Source: Batkoa obscura (Eukaryota). Taken from it: a stretch of DNA of 48,491 bases. Under the pieces are notes generated by a model. The model was not told the origin of the DNA. It made no database searches and saw only the letters and a program-made list of their open reading frames with translations. Shown here piece by piece: positions 1 to 12,613 of this stretch (positions are counted from its first letter, which is position 1; the number at the start of each line of letters is the position of its first letter). The translations under genes and the position numbers were made by a program. The stretch spans positions 1-48,491 of the forward strand of contig JASVEC010000117.1 of assembly GCA_030770535.1 (NCBI GenBank), in the 5' to 3' direction.

Positions 1-786
1 TTAATTCAACCAGGAAACGAAGCTGACGGAAAAATCTATGCTAGATTCGCAGGTGCTTCCTACTGCTCTAATGATAGCATCGCTAGCTGGAAGTGTACTC
101 ATTGTTTAAAAATCCAGAATTTAATTGAAGATGTTAAAATATTTGAAGATGGAGCTACAGAGACTAAAGGGTATATCGCACTAAATAAGGATCGCAAAGA
201 AATTATTATATCATTCCGTGGTAGCTCCAACACGCAAAATTGGCTATTAAATGCTCAAATTGGAAAAGTATCAGCATCTTTTGGTAGATCTTCTTATAAT
301 GTTCATGGTGGTTTTAAAAGGGCAACAGATGCTTTATTCCCTGTTGTTTCGTCTAACTTAAAATCATTATTATCTTCTTATCCTCAATATAATGTAGTCG
401 TTACTGGACATAGCTTAGGAGCTTCTATAGCTGATTTGATGGCATTAAGGTTTAAGTATGAGTTAAATATAGGTGATAATCAGCTACGACTTTACACTTA
501 TGGCTCTCCAAGGGTTGGAGATCCTACTTTTGCTAGATTCGTTAATCAAAATGGTTTTACTGTTGGAAGATTTGTCAATGCAAATGATGTTGTACCTCAT
601 CTTCCCCCAGAAATCAACAATTATAGCCACCACCAACAAGAACTTTGGGCAAACGGAATGACTACTAAGCTTTGCAGCACTTCTTCTTTAGAAGATACTA
701 GCTGCTCTTATAAAGAATGGTATCGCCCTAGTTCAGATGCTCATCTTAAAATTTGGGACATTGCATTAGGCAATGCCAGTTGTTAA
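1..786 (+). CDS. Class 3 (Rhizomucor-type) triacylglycerol lipase, 5'-truncated by window edge
   Basis: Frame 1 is open from base 1 (LIQPGNEADGKIYARFAGASYC...). It contains FRGS, VHGGF, the nucleophile elbow TGHSLG, YGSPRVG, NDVVPHLP and the C-terminal His. The ORF track shows only 436-786. Confidence 0.95.
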   Translation, partial: LIQPGNEADGKIYARFAGASYCSNDSIASWKCTHCLKIQNLIEDVKIFEDGATETKGYIALNKDRKEIIISFRGSSNTQNWLLNAQIGKVSASFGRSSYNVHGGFKRATDALFPVVSSNLKSLLSSYPQYNVVVTGHSLGASIADLMALRFKYELNIGDNQLRLYTYGSPRVGDPTFARFVNQNGFTVGRFVNANDVVPHLPPEINNYSHHQQELWANGMTTKLCSTSSLEDTSCSYKEWYRPSSDAHLKIWDIALGNASC

Positions 787-1145
787 TTTATATAAATCTG
801 GGATTTATTTTAATTTTTTTAGGGGGATCACAAGGCTATTTTTGAATAAAATTTAATAAATGTTTAGTATTAAATAAATTTTTTAAACGTTATAGTCTAT
901 TGGTTTCTATTTGTATATCCACTTTAAATCTAGACCTCCTCGTTAATTTTTCTGGTTGTGATATACATTGGTTTCCCGTAATGTGTAACTATGGACAAAT
1001 ATAACCCTTATGTAATGCTCTTTTATTTTTAAATACTTTACCCCATAGTAGAATAAGATTGTTAAATTCAAAATTAGATTTTTAATCATAATTTATAAGA
1101 AATTGAAATAGAAAAATTATACATAGAAATTATTATTTATTAATT

Positions 1146-2090
1146 TTAACAAGCTCCATTACCAAGAGAAATATCCCACATTCTACGATGAGCTTGGACA
1201 CTAGGGCGATACCATTCTTGGTAAGAACAGTCTTTATCTTCTAAGTAATCAGCACTACAAAGCTTAGTATCATACCCATTTACCCAAAGTTCGCGTTGAT
1301 GATGATTATAGTCACTGATTTCAGCTGGAAGATGGGGTACAACATCATTTTCATTAACAAATCTACCAATGGTGAAGCCATGTCGGTTGACAAATCTAGC
1401 GAAATCAGGATCTCCAATTCTTGGTCCACCATAAGTATAAAGGTTTAGTTTATTGTTTGGAACATTTAATTCATATTTAACTCTCAAGGCTATCAAAGAA
1501 GCAATAGCAGCACCTAAACTGTGTCCAGTAATCACAACTTTATATTGAGGGTAAGAAGATTGAAGGGATTTCAAGTTAGAGGAAACAACTGGGAATAAGT
1601 TATCAGTCACTTTTTTGAAACCACCATGAACATAGTAGGAATTACCACCAAATCTTATTGGTACTTTTTCAGTTTGAGCATTAATCAACCAATTTCGAAG
1701 ATTAGCACTGCCACGGAAAGAAACAATGATTTCCTTTCTGTTATTATTAACCACAAAGTACCCTTTAGTTTGAGTAGATACATCTTCAAATATTTGGATT
1801 TTTTCTAATTTATCAGTGACTTGAACGCAGTGAGTACACTTCCATGATTTGATGCTCTCATTATCACAATAAGCTGCACCAGCAAATCTAGCATAAGCTT
1901 TTCCATTAGCTACGTTTCCTGGGACAATATAAGATGATTCATAAAACCTAGTAGTACCATTCTTTGGTGGTTCAACATGGTGGGTCATAAGCTCTAAGTT
2001 CTCTTCAAACACCTTGAAGTAGTCTTCTTCTTGGGCGTTTAATTGAGTTAAAAGTAAAGCTGATACTAAGAAGCTAAAGAATGATTTCAT
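1146..2090 (-). CDS. Secreted class 3 lipase (314 aa)
   Basis: Hydrophobic signal peptide, short propeptide, FRGS, GHSLG, YGGPRIG, NDVVPHLP, C-terminal AH. Intronless. Confidence 0.96.
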   Translation of the reverse strand: MKSFFSFLVSALLLTQLNAQEEDYFKVFEENLELMTHHVEPPKNGTTRFYESSYIVPGNVANGKAYARFAGAAYCDNESIKSWKCTHCVQVTDKLEKIQIFEDVSTQTKGYFVVNNNRKEIIVSFRGSANLRNWLINAQTEKVPIRFGGNSYYVHGGFKKVTDNLFPVVSSNLKSLQSSYPQYKVVITGHSLGAAIASLIALRVKYELNVPNNKLNLYTYGGPRIGDPDFARFVNRHGFTIGRFVNENDVVPHLPAEISDYNHHQRELWVNGYDTKLCSADYLEDKDCSYQEWYRPSVQAHRRMWDISLGNGAC

Positions 2091-3665
2091 ATTTAAAAAA
2101 ACTTTCCCAAATTTATTTTTTCACATCTTAATACCATGCTTATATATACCTGATGCTCCCATTGTGTATTTTCTATTTATAATTCTATTTAGATTATTCA
2201 ACATCATGCGCCAGTAGGAGCTTGTAATAAATCCTGTTAATACAAGTAATTGTAATAAAATTTATTTATTTACTTATTTCTCTTTATTTAATATTCACCC
2301 TCTATTTTTGAAAGAATAATTTTGTCGCGTTTTATACATAGTAAAATAAAAATTTCGTGAGAATTAAAAAATTAAATAAAAAATGAACTCTACCCTATAA
2401 TTTTAAGCATGTGGATTTATTGATATGAAATGTTCTTTTTTTAATATTCATCTTGCATAAAGACACGTTAATGTTTTTTGGTATCTTTATTAACGATTCA
2501 GGCTTAGAAATCAAAGCCTTATTGTTAATACATTTAAGTAAACTATTGGATTGTCAGGTGCACTATTTAAATGCGGTATTGCTACTATAAACCTACCTAA
2601 TTAAAAATAGAAATAGGATTACTTTTTAAAGCAGTTATTTTTAGCTAAGTACTTTACCTTCTTTTTAATTCCTATATAAAATTTATTTGAGATACAGGGT
2701 GGTTAGTAACTTTGATTTCAGATGTAAAATTACTAAACTAGACCAAGAAAAGATAAATTCAATATAAAGTTAATATAGATATATTCAAGCTGTTTGTATA
2801 ATTTTAATAGTTTAATTCCATTGGATTTATAGAATGTCAAGTTTTTGTCATAAGAACTTTCTGGAATTCATTTTGACCTTTTAAACAATGATTGAAAAGC
2901 TTCTGTTTTGTTGGGCTTTTTCACGAATAAAATCAAAAAGCTAAAAACCAAGCGACTTCAAATATTTAGTTGTTTTATTTTTATTTAAATATTTTGTGCT
3001 TAATCAAATGCTTCATATATAACTTTCATGAATTAACCATATAATTTTAGTAGGGCACTTGTTGACTGTATATAATTGGAACAATTTTAATGAGCTAATT
3101 TAGACATTAAGGTCAATTATCACCAATAATACTGTTATTTTTATTTCGGAGACTAGAAAGGTTTTATGCTGCTTGCAAGTAATTTTTATGATTTTTATGT
3201 AATTCTTGGTATTTCAATTTTTCTTTTCACTTTAATTATAGGTCCTTTATGACCAACTATTCCTTCATTGTTGGCTATTTTTTCGCTTTTTTGAGCTCAA
3301 AATTTGGACAAAAATATTAGCTAAATTAGTACTTAATGAAACTCCATATAGACCACAATATTTAATTTTACACTTTCTTTTTTTACAGATATTATGATGT
3401 TTGTTTATAGGTTAATACTTTGGAGGCTATTTTCATGCGGTCTTTTAATTTTGAAAATAAATTCTAATGAGATCAAATCATAACAATGGTATATAGGTGG
3501 GTATGAGACATATATAATAATTTTACCTATATCATTCTTTGTTTAAGTATTGTTATTTAGAATTCAATAGATTCTAATTATAATGTTTTAATTTTTCCAA
3601 TAGTTTATTAAATAATAGATTGAGATTTCAGATCGAAAGTTAACTTTCTAATCAAATTTAAAAAA

Positions 3666-3766
3666 TGGGGATGTATTTTTGTGTTTAAGAATTTTACCAG
3701 CAATCTTTCCCTTTAGACAGCACTTGAAAGATGGAAAAAGTAACGAAATCAAAAAAAACATACCCA
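3666..3766. mobile_element. ~100-bp MITE copy 1
   Basis: TIRs TGGGGATGTATTTTT...AAAAAACATACCCA. Internal sequence is shared with 13 other copies. Flanked by AA/AA. Confidence 0.85.
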
Positions 3767-3857
3767 AATATTGAAATCTTACTTCTTACTTTATCATTTG
3801 AATAAAATAGTAGAATTTTTTACCATTTAATAATAATAAAATCAAAAAAAGATAATT

Positions 3858-4809
3858 TTAAGAAGTTCCATTACCAAAAGAAATATACCATATCCCACAT
3901 TCTACGATGAGCTTGGACACTAGGGCGATACCATTCTTGGTAAGAACAGTCTTCATCTTCTAAGTAATCAGCACTACAAAGCTTAGTATCATACCCATTT
4001 ACCCAAAGTTCGCGTTGATGATGATTATAGTCACTGATTTCAGCTGGAAGATGGGGTACAACATCATTTTCATTAACAAATCTACCAATGGTGAAGCCAT
4101 GTCGGTTGACAAATCTAGCGAAATCAGGATCTCCAATTCTTGGTCCACCATAAGTATAAAGGTTTAGTTTATTGTTTGGAACATTTAACTCATATTTAAC
4201 TCTCAAGGCTATCAAAGAAGCAATAGCAGCACCTAAACTGTGTCCAGTAATCACAACTTTATATTGAGAGTAAGAAGATTGAAGAGATTTCAAGTTAGAG
4301 GAAACAACTGGGAATAGGTTATCAGTCACTTTTTTGAAACCACCATGAACATAGTAGGAATTACCACCAAATCTTATTGGTACTTTTCCAGTTTGAGCAT
4401 TAATCAACCAATTTTGAAGATTAGCACTGCCACGGAAAGAAACAATGATTTCCTTTCTGTTATTATTAACCACAAAGTACCCTTTAGTTTGAGTTGCTTC
4501 ATCCTCAAATATCCCAATTTTACCTAATCTACCATTGATATAATTGCAGTGAGTACACTGTCAAGTAGTGATGCTCTCATTATCACAATAAGCTGCACCA
4601 GCAAATCTAGCATAAGCTTTTCCATTAGCTACGTTTCCTGGGACAATATAAGATGATTCATAAAACCTAGTAGTACCATTCTTTGGTGGTTCAACATGGT
4701 GGGTCATAAGCTCTAAGTTCTCTTCAAACACCTTGAAGTAGTCTTCTTCTTGGGCGTTTAATTGAGTTAAAAGTAAAGCTGATACTAAGAAGCTAAAGAA
4801 TGGTTTCAT
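3858..4809 (-). pseudogene. Class 3 lipase pseudogene, near-identical paralogue of 1146-2090
   Basis: ORFs 4561-4809 and 3871-4473 are in one frame, separated by TGA at 4561-4563 where the paralogue has TGG (Trp). A 7-nt insertion near 3885-3891 frameshifts the end to WDMVYFFW*. The ancestral ISFGNGTS* is still readable down to 3858. Confidence 0.85.
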
Positions 4810-5535
4810 GATAAAAAAACTCGAGTTTGTTTTTTCTATTCCAATTTCGTATATTTATATACCTTCAGGTCTTTTTCTATCCATCCTCACTTTTAATTGT
4901 TTATTAATTAGTTGAATCTATCCAGCAATGCGATTTTAATATAAACTTAATTTAAGTTAAGTTGGATATAAGAATGTTTACTTTTTTATAATTTTTTCCT
5001 TTATCTAACGCTGTTTCTATATTTTAAAGCAATAATTCCTATCACGTTTTATACATAATTAAGTTTTAATATTGTGAGAAAAATAATCAAAATCTAATTC
5101 ACCCTATAATTTCACACATGTGAGTCCATTGCTATAAAATGTTCTGGATTTAATATTCCTAGTTTCAATTGGAAGCACATTAATCATTTTTAAACGATCC
5201 ATTTGTCAGTTTAAGTATACAAATAAATATACGTCGATTGTCAATTTATTAAATTCATCAATAAAAAGTACTATAGTATTTTGAAGTGAGCTAATTGGAA
5301 ATTGCACTAAGGCTAAGTAGTATAATAATATTTTGATTAGTAGAGCTAGCATCTACTTTAAATAGTATGCTAAAGTTTATTTGGACATAGTTAATTTATG
5401 CACCATTTATCAATTTTATACTACAAATTAAATTTTGTGCCATTTCAGTTTTACATCATTTATTTACTTTTTATATTATCTATTTTTTATTTGAAAAGCT
5501 ACACACTTTCAGCTTCTCATTATTTCAAATCAATA

Positions 5536-5635
5536 TGGAGATGTTTTTTTTACTTCATTACTTTTTCTATCTTTTAAGCGCTGTTTAAGTGGAAAAATTA
5601 TTAGTAAAACTCTTAAATATAAAAATATATCCTCA
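5536..5635. mobile_element. ~100-bp MITE copy 2
   Basis: TGGAGATGTTTTTT...AAAAATATATCCTCA with TA/TA flanks. Opposite orientation to copy 1. Confidence 0.85.
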
Positions 5636-5809
5636 TATAACAATCTTAATAAATGTTAAAGGCTTAATTATATTAATTTTCCTTTAAGATTCCAAAAGGG
5701 CAATGCATCAAATGATTAATTCTAGAAAGTAAAAATATGATGATTTTCAAAACTTTAGTATATTAACAAAAAGATATACATATTTAAAAAAAATTATTTA
5801 TTAAAAATT

Positions 5810-6760
5810 TTAACAAGAGTCATTTCCAAGCTTTATATCCCAGATTATACGATGTGCTGCTGAGCTAGTGTGATACCATTCTTTATAAGAGCAATTGTGA
5901 TCTTCTAGCTCATTAGCGCTACAAATTTGAGTTGACATACCATTAACCCAAAGCTCACGGTGGTGATGATTATAGCCCTTGGTTTCAGCAGGGAGGTGAG
6001 GAACAACATCATTCTCATTGACAAAACGACCTGAAACAAACCTATGCTTATTTAAAAGTCTAGCGAACTCGGGGTCACCAACCCTTGGAGCACCATAAGT
6101 ATAAAGTTTAATTCTATTATCGTTTAAACCAATTTCATACTTTAACTTTAAACTAGCTAAGGTGGCAATAGCACCACCTAAACTATGACCAGTAACTAAT
6201 AATTTGTATCTTGGATAAGTTCTTAAAAGTACATCTATCTTTTGGGAAATTTGAGGCAATATATTGTCAATGATCTCCTTAAACCCAGTATGAACATAAT
6301 AATTTTTCCCATTGATTTCAATTTGAGTCAGTTTAGTTTTACTATTTAGTAGCCAATTTTCAGCATTCGAACTACCACGGAAAGCAACAATCACTTCCTC
6401 TCTGTCTTTATTGACTGCTAAATAGCCCTTGGTTTCTGTTTTCTCGTTTTCAAACACTTCTATCGATTCAATGCGATCACTAACTTTATTGCAATGGGTA
6501 CATTCCCAGTTAACGAGCTTATCATTCTCACAGTAAGTGGCACCAGCAAGTCGAGCATAACCTTTACCTTCTTTTTCATTTCCAGGAATAATGTTGGAAA
6601 CCTCTTTGGCCCCAGGCATAAATCCTAATGGCTCAGCGACTTTATTATCTAAACTTTGTAAATTTTTGGAAAAGTTTTCAAAATAATTGGCTTCAGTAGA
6701 AGATAATACTACTTGAGAAGAGGCTACTAAGGTAGCTAATAGGTTTATGAAGTTAGCCAT
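5810..6760 (-). CDS. Secreted class 3 lipase (316 aa), more divergent paralogue
   Basis: Signal peptide, FRGS, VHTGF, TGHSLGG, YGAPRVG, NDVVPHLP. Intronless. Confidence 0.96.
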   Translation of the reverse strand: MANFINLLATLVASSQVVLSSTEANYFENFSKNLQSLDNKVAEPLGFMPGAKEVSNIIPGNEKEGKGYARLAGATYCENDKLVNWECTHCNKVSDRIESIEVFENEKTETKGYLAVNKDREEVIVAFRGSSNAENWLLNSKTKLTQIEINGKNYYVHTGFKEIIDNILPQISQKIDVLLRTYPRYKLLVTGHSLGGAIATLASLKLKYEIGLNDNRIKLYTYGAPRVGDPEFARLLNKHRFVSGRFVNENDVVPHLPAETKGYNHHHRELWVNGMSTQICSANELEDHNCSYKEWYHTSSAAHRIIWDIKLGNDSC

Positions 6761-8709
6761 TATTGAATGGATAGTTGTTGGTTTTTTTTGAAGTATTATA
6801 AGTTGCTTTTTATACTTCTATTTATCTAGCTTTTTATTAGTTACACAATTATATTTGTTCTATTGATATCAACCTAACTTTACTTCCAGTACCCTGTTAT
6901 AATTCCCAGTTACACAGTTATAAACCATTCATTATAATGAATAAACTTTTTTAAAATTACTACTGCTTAATTGCCTTTTTGATCATTTAAGGTTTTGACT
7001 TTGTATGAACGTGTCCCAAGTCATTATTTACTATTTTTTACCGGTTTTATCTCTGTCAAATTAACTTGTGACTATGTAGTTTTGAATACTATTCTTAAAC
7101 TCTGAGGCACTATATGATAAAATTACTGTATTATAGTGTTTCTTTCCACTTCATTTTTCGAATATTTTAAACAAATGGAATATAATCTTAATTAAAAGCC
7201 TTGATTTTGACTTTGAGCCTCATTAAAGTCTAGTTTTACCAAAAGAAATAATTTAAAAGTTATGCTAAATGCTAAAGAAAACGCTATTAGAGTTTAGTTC
7301 TAGCTTTATTCTCCATAATTTATTCTCACTAAATCTAACTTGAAAACTATTCCAACTTTATTTACATACAAATTCCTATTAGCCTATCATTACTTTCTAT
7401 TTTCCCACATTACTAAAGTCAATAAAACCTCAATTTTGTTACTTTAATTTACCTTGTTTCATTATTCAATTTATTAACCATTGTTTTATGTGCTTATTTA
7501 AAAATGGAGATGTAAAGAAAAATTACTGGTATGTTGAATGTAACACAAGGAAGTGGATAGTTTTAGAAACAAACAACAATGGGACGCGAAAAGTATTTTC
7601 CAGAAATATCTCAGTAAAGTCCCATACAAATTTTGAGATTTATTCCAATTTTTTGTAAATAAATAGAATTGTGTTGATAGACTTGAATATAGCTAAAGAG
7701 AATCTAGTAACTATTCGTATACTTCTTTAGTGAAGTCATCGGTAACTCTGAGTCTTATGCTGACTGTTTAGTATCATTGCACCTGAAATATATCGCAAAA
7801 AGTTACAACAACGCAAGAAATAAAATAGAACAAATTTCTATACTATTATTAAATACTAAAATTAGTGTTAAATCAGGATTTGGTTGGATTCAGGGCTAGC
7901 AAACATAGTATTAACGTAAAAATACTGATTATGCTTTCATTGCGGTTTGAAATAGCTTCATCTTGCTAACTTTTTTCTTGGCATAGTCGTGACGTAAAAA
8001 AATATTGTAATTAGTAACTCAGATTAAACCTCAATTTGTATTTTATTTAATATTACTTATATTTTTCCTCCCCTATGGTTATCTAAATTTTATTTATATT
8101 AAGTACAACCCATCCATAAAGACTACATTACTCCACCGCCCACCTTTCTAATTATCTTCCGACCTATTATTTTTTACTTATAGTCAATAGAGAGCCCGTA
8201 TAGTTTAGAAATTGTGGTGGTATAACTTGACATTTAAGCTTGGAATACATAAAACAGCTACATGAAGGACAATCAGCAGTACTCTTTTCAAGTTCACCGT
8301 CTACCGTCCGTTAAGGTTTGATTGTCATAAATTCCATTTATATAATAAGTCAAATACTGGGGTTTTTGAAAAAATTCTTAATCGGCGATCAATTTTTTAT
8401 TAGTGCAAGCACACCTAACGTTGACCTTTTATTGATTTTTTTTATAAAAAACTCAAGAGCTTTTTGTTTAAGATATATATACCTATACGTTAGAATAAAC
8501 TCTACAACATACCTTTTTGCAAATATAAACAAAGAGAGAAATTTTTGATTAAAATAAAGTTAGGTACTAAAAAATTAGTTACTCAAACTAGTCATTTATA
8601 TTATTTAGATATTACGGAAATAATAATAATTGTATTTCCCGTTAAAAAACTGCCCACAAAAAGGGCAAAAAAAAAATGCAGATGATAACATCAAACAACT
8701 TCAAAAACC

Positions 8710-9306
8710 TCAAGAATAAATAAAAGAAACTAGCTGTACAAAACAAGTCAAAATAATATGAAATTCATACAGCTGCAAATTTGAGCTAAACTTCATATAC
8801 GCAATTGTGTTATTAACACAGCTCAATCGAAATGAGGCAATCATCGAGCTTTCACTCGATTCCATATAAACTCGATACTCCAATAATTCGCTATTCCTAA
8901 CCTTTCTCTTCTTGATCACATAAACGTCTTGAAAACTGCCCTTGAACCCCAATCTATTGATCAAAAGCTGAAAGCAGGTACTGCAGCATGCGTTAACCTG
9001 GGCTAGTGGGAACTCCCAGCTTGGTAATCCGATTTGAAAGTTTTGTGCCTGATTTGAGAACCGCTTGGTTTCTAATAAAATTTGTTTATTGTATTCGATC
9101 AACTGTAAACCTCTTTGATATTTTTCAACTTTATACCATGTTACTTTACCACTACCCTCCTGAATCTTCCACCGGGTTTTGTGAAGAGGCGTTAAAGAGT
9201 ACTCGTTGCGGATAGTAAATACCTTGTTTCGATTGGTGTAACGAGGCAGCAAAGTTCCCTGTTCTAACGCTTCGTATTCTGGTAAGACGTCATGTTCTAT
9301 TAACAT
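8710..9306 (-). CDS. Tandem-LPxY family protein 1 (198 aa, unknown function)
   Basis: N-terminal LPEY-x8-LPRY, WKIQEGSGKVTWY, C-terminal hydrophobic helix EFHIILTCFVQL. Homologous to six neighbours. Confidence 0.88.
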   Translation of the reverse strand: MLIEHDVLPEYEALEQGTLLPRYTNRNKVFTIRNEYSLTPLHKTRWKIQEGSGKVTWYKVEKYQRGLQLIEYNKQILLETKRFSNQAQNFQIGLPSWEFPLAQVNACCSTCFQLLINRLGFKGSFQDVYVIKKRKVRNSELLEYRVYMESSESSMIASFRLSCVNNTIAYMKFSSNLQLYEFHIILTCFVQLVSFIYS

Positions 9307-10651
9307 GTTTGGTTTGATTTTTTGAGGATAGTCCTTGAAAATTGTGTGTTTTTATACTGTTGGGTTTCAATCATCTGGAGGCATTTATTTTATTTAACCG
9401 AAGGGTATTTAAATAGATTAATAATTAGAAATTGTTTGATTATTAATAAAACAGAAAGCTTATCAGAGCTTTATTTCATTAAATTGATTTTGCTATTTTA
9501 TTTTATTATTTCATTTAGGATAAATTTCATTTATCCTTTTATATTTATCGCTTATTATTAGACTTCAATAAAAAGGAATCCAATTTTTTATTTTCAAATA
9601 GTTTCTTGAAGTGTAAATTATAACAAGATTACCCACAAAATATGATAAAACTAAAGTTATTATAATTAAATTAATCAAAAAGTTTATGACATTATCTTTA
9701 CCTACTGTCCTTTCATTTTCACATTTAGAAATTGTTTTTTTATATTAATAGTTATTTTCTAAATTTACCCGTTGTATGAATAATAGTATATTTTATCTAA
9801 TAATAATGATCAAAACAATAATCTAAATTAATGGACATTTAAACAAAGGTCCTACAGCTTTCGAAGTTTTTCAAAATACACACTCTACTTTAAAATATAT
9901 AAAACAAAATTTTACGGATTTGAGAAACAAATCAGCCTAAAGTTACAGGCAGATCTTCGATTCTAAATTTTTCAAAACTTCAGTACTTAGGTTATTAAAG
10001 GGCTTTCTTCATGTTATCATCAGGTCCTTTTACAGAGTTATAAAATTTTAATATATATTCCTATCATAATTTTTCTTGCAGTTGTTCTGCTCTAGACTCT
10101 TTTTTAAACTCTTTTTATGAATAGTTCCATTCTGTACCCCACTCCTTTATTTATGTAAAACATTTTTTTACTCATTGAAGAAACAAGCTTAACCTTTGTT
10201 TTAATATCATCTACATTTATATTTATATCTATCCTAACCATAAACTTCTTAAGTACAGTATAATATGGACAGCTATTATATTTATATATTTGATAAAGAT
10301 TTGTTATCAACTATGATACCTTCGAGCCTTCTGTGGCTTTCTTACATCACTTTTATCTAATCAACCTTTTGAATTAATACTTTATCTGACAAATTGAATA
10401 ACTTTTAGGTTTCGTAGCAAAACGTAATCATTTTATGTTGAAATTTTAGTAATTTAAAATTTTATTTTAATCGCTATAAAATAGAAAAATAATAAAACTT
10501 TATAGAAATTACAATAGTCAAAAAACATTTAAAACTTCAAAAAATTATTTATTGATTGATATTTGAAATAAATTCAATAACCTGATTATCGATATACATT
10601 GTAATAAATTAACTTTAACCCAACTAATTACTAATACATCCCCTTTTATAT

Positions 10652-11230
10652 TCATATAGCATTACTATAACACTGGGCAATTCCAAGTAGTAGAATCTTA
10701 ACATCCAGTTCATCGATCGACATATAGAATCCTAGTTCGACCAACTGATTCATCGAAACACAAATAACAAACTTGCCGAGCACATACCCATCATCTAAAT
10801 TGACAATTTTGTAGCATATTAACGATTCATTGTTACTGTCCGTCTTGACAAACCCATACATTTTCGAAAACATAGGAACATCATATCTATTAATAATAAT
10901 GTTGTAGTTCCCCATTCTATCAGTATTATTTCTTATCATAACAGCGTTAACATTATCTTGGTTAGAAATTAAAAAAGAGTAGCTATTCTCTATTTGTGGC
11001 AACTGGAATAGCTCTATCAACAGCTCATTGTTTTTGCCTTTTAGCTTTAAGCTTCTTTTTAGTTGATGGACCTTATAGTCCTTTGAGTTTTTCTCTTTGT
11101 TATAAATTCCATACTCCTTGCCTTTAAAGCTGAAATGTTTTCTTTTGGCTATTTTGAAATAGCTAGCTTCCTCGCGATAGCTGGGTAGCTCTTCTTTAAC
11201 AAAACTCTGATACTCTGGTAATACACTCAT
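10652..11230 (-). CDS. Tandem-LPxY family protein 2 (192 aa)
   Basis: LPEY-x7-LPSY, C-terminal DVKILLLGIAQC. Intronless. Confidence 0.88.
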   Translation of the reverse strand: MSVLPEYQSFVKEELPSYREEASYFKIAKRKHFSFKGKEYGIYNKEKNSKDYKVHQLKRSLKLKGKNNELLIELFQLPQIENSYSFLISNQDNVNAVMIRNNTDRMGNYNIIINRYDVPMFSKMYGFVKTDSNNESLICYKIVNLDDGYVLGKFVICVSMNQLVELGFYMSIDELDVKILLLGIAQCYSNAI

Positions 11231-12022
11231 TTCTTTATTTTATTTCAATTTAATTTTGATGAAAACAAACCTACCAAAATCCCTTGTTTTATATCCCCAT
11301 CTTTTACTGCGCTCTCAAATAAACGTTTGTTGATTTTTAATACTTTTATAAAATCGCTTAATTTTATTCTATTCTATAAAGTATTTGATCTACTTTGCAT
11401 AAAATTAAGTGTTATGAACAAGTTTAAAACGCTTGCGAATAAATATGGAAATTCCGGTAATCCTAGGTTCCGAATAAAATTTAGTTAAATTTTTCTTCAT
11501 TGGTTTGAGTTTAAGAACATTTGATAGATTGAATAAGTGAGATCAGACTGATAATTTTGACCAGGTTTTTTATGAGGGTGTTGGTATAATTAGATGGGCT
11601 TTCTGGGGGTAGAATGGTAGCGTTGAGGTAATCGAAAAGGAATTTAAGTCAAAAAATACTTGGGTTTATTTAGGTTAGAAGCTACATGAATATTCAGAAG
11701 TAAATTCGTTTTAATGGATGTGTTTACTTTTTATCCTATGCTCTTGATAATGTAAAAGATGTGATCTCTCTTTCGACTATAATTTAATTATAATAAAATA
11801 TGTAATATTACTAGGTATAACAACGCTTTATTCAAAAAATAAATAACAGTCATTATTTCAAATTTGATAAAACCAATACAAAAATAAACCAATATCAAAA
11901 GTTTATTTAATTAGTATATAAACAAAGGTCCTTTATTGATAAATCATTTAAAACCAAATGGATAAAACCAATAGGACAGAAGCTAACAAGGAGGTATAAC
12001 AATATATAGTACATATCATTTA

Positions 12023-12613
12023 TTAAGTAGTAATCCAAGAGCAAACGGCACACCGAGTAATAGCCAGAAAAAACACCGCAAACTCGATTTCTTCCAGCTG
12101 TTTAAAAACAGCTATTTCCAATAACCTTTTTGAAGAGAAAGCCAACACTCCTTTAATCAAAACAAGATCATACCCTTGTTCTGTAATATGAAACATAGCC
12201 AAATTATTGAATTTCAATTTTGATATAATAAAGTATTTGCTAGTATATAATCTTAAATCTTGAAGTTGAATTTTATAGGTTTGGTCCAAATCTACGTATT
12301 CCATGGTTGCAGATACCCCATTATTTATATAAAACAAAAATGAAAGTTGATTGGTTCTAGGTACTTCTAATAGATCCACTATGTTAGTACTATCCATACG
12401 CTTGAGTTCAAAACCTCGTTCGTGTTGATATAGTTTATAAATATCTTTATTCGTTTGTTTGTCAAGAATGATTAGTTTCATATTATTAAGTAAATTAAAC
12501 GAGAACTTAATATCTATTCTGTAGTAACTTACCGCATCATTATACAAAGGTAAGCCTTCTTTAATAATCGATTCATATGATGGTAGTATGCTCATACTGT
12601 TTTTATTTATCAT
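12023..12613 (-). CDS. Tandem-LPxY family protein 3 (196 aa; alternative start 12595)
   Basis: LPSY-x7-LPLY, C-terminal EFAVFFLAITRC. Confidence 0.86.
   Translation of the reverse strand: MINKNSMSILPSYESIIKEGLPLYNDAVSYYRIDIKFSFNLLNNMKLIILDKQTNKDIYKLYQHERGFELKRMDSTNIVDLLEVPRTNQLSFLFYINNGVSATMEYVDLDQTYKIQLQDLRLYTSKYFIISKLKFNNLAMFHITEQGYDLVLIKGVLAFSSKRLLEIAVFKQLEEIEFAVFFLAITRCAVCSWITT

Noticed and set aside
4561..4563. In-frame TGA as selenocysteine or an alternative genetic code
   Set aside because: It aligns to Trp, TGA is used as a normal stop in neighbouring genes, and the same copy carries a second lesion.
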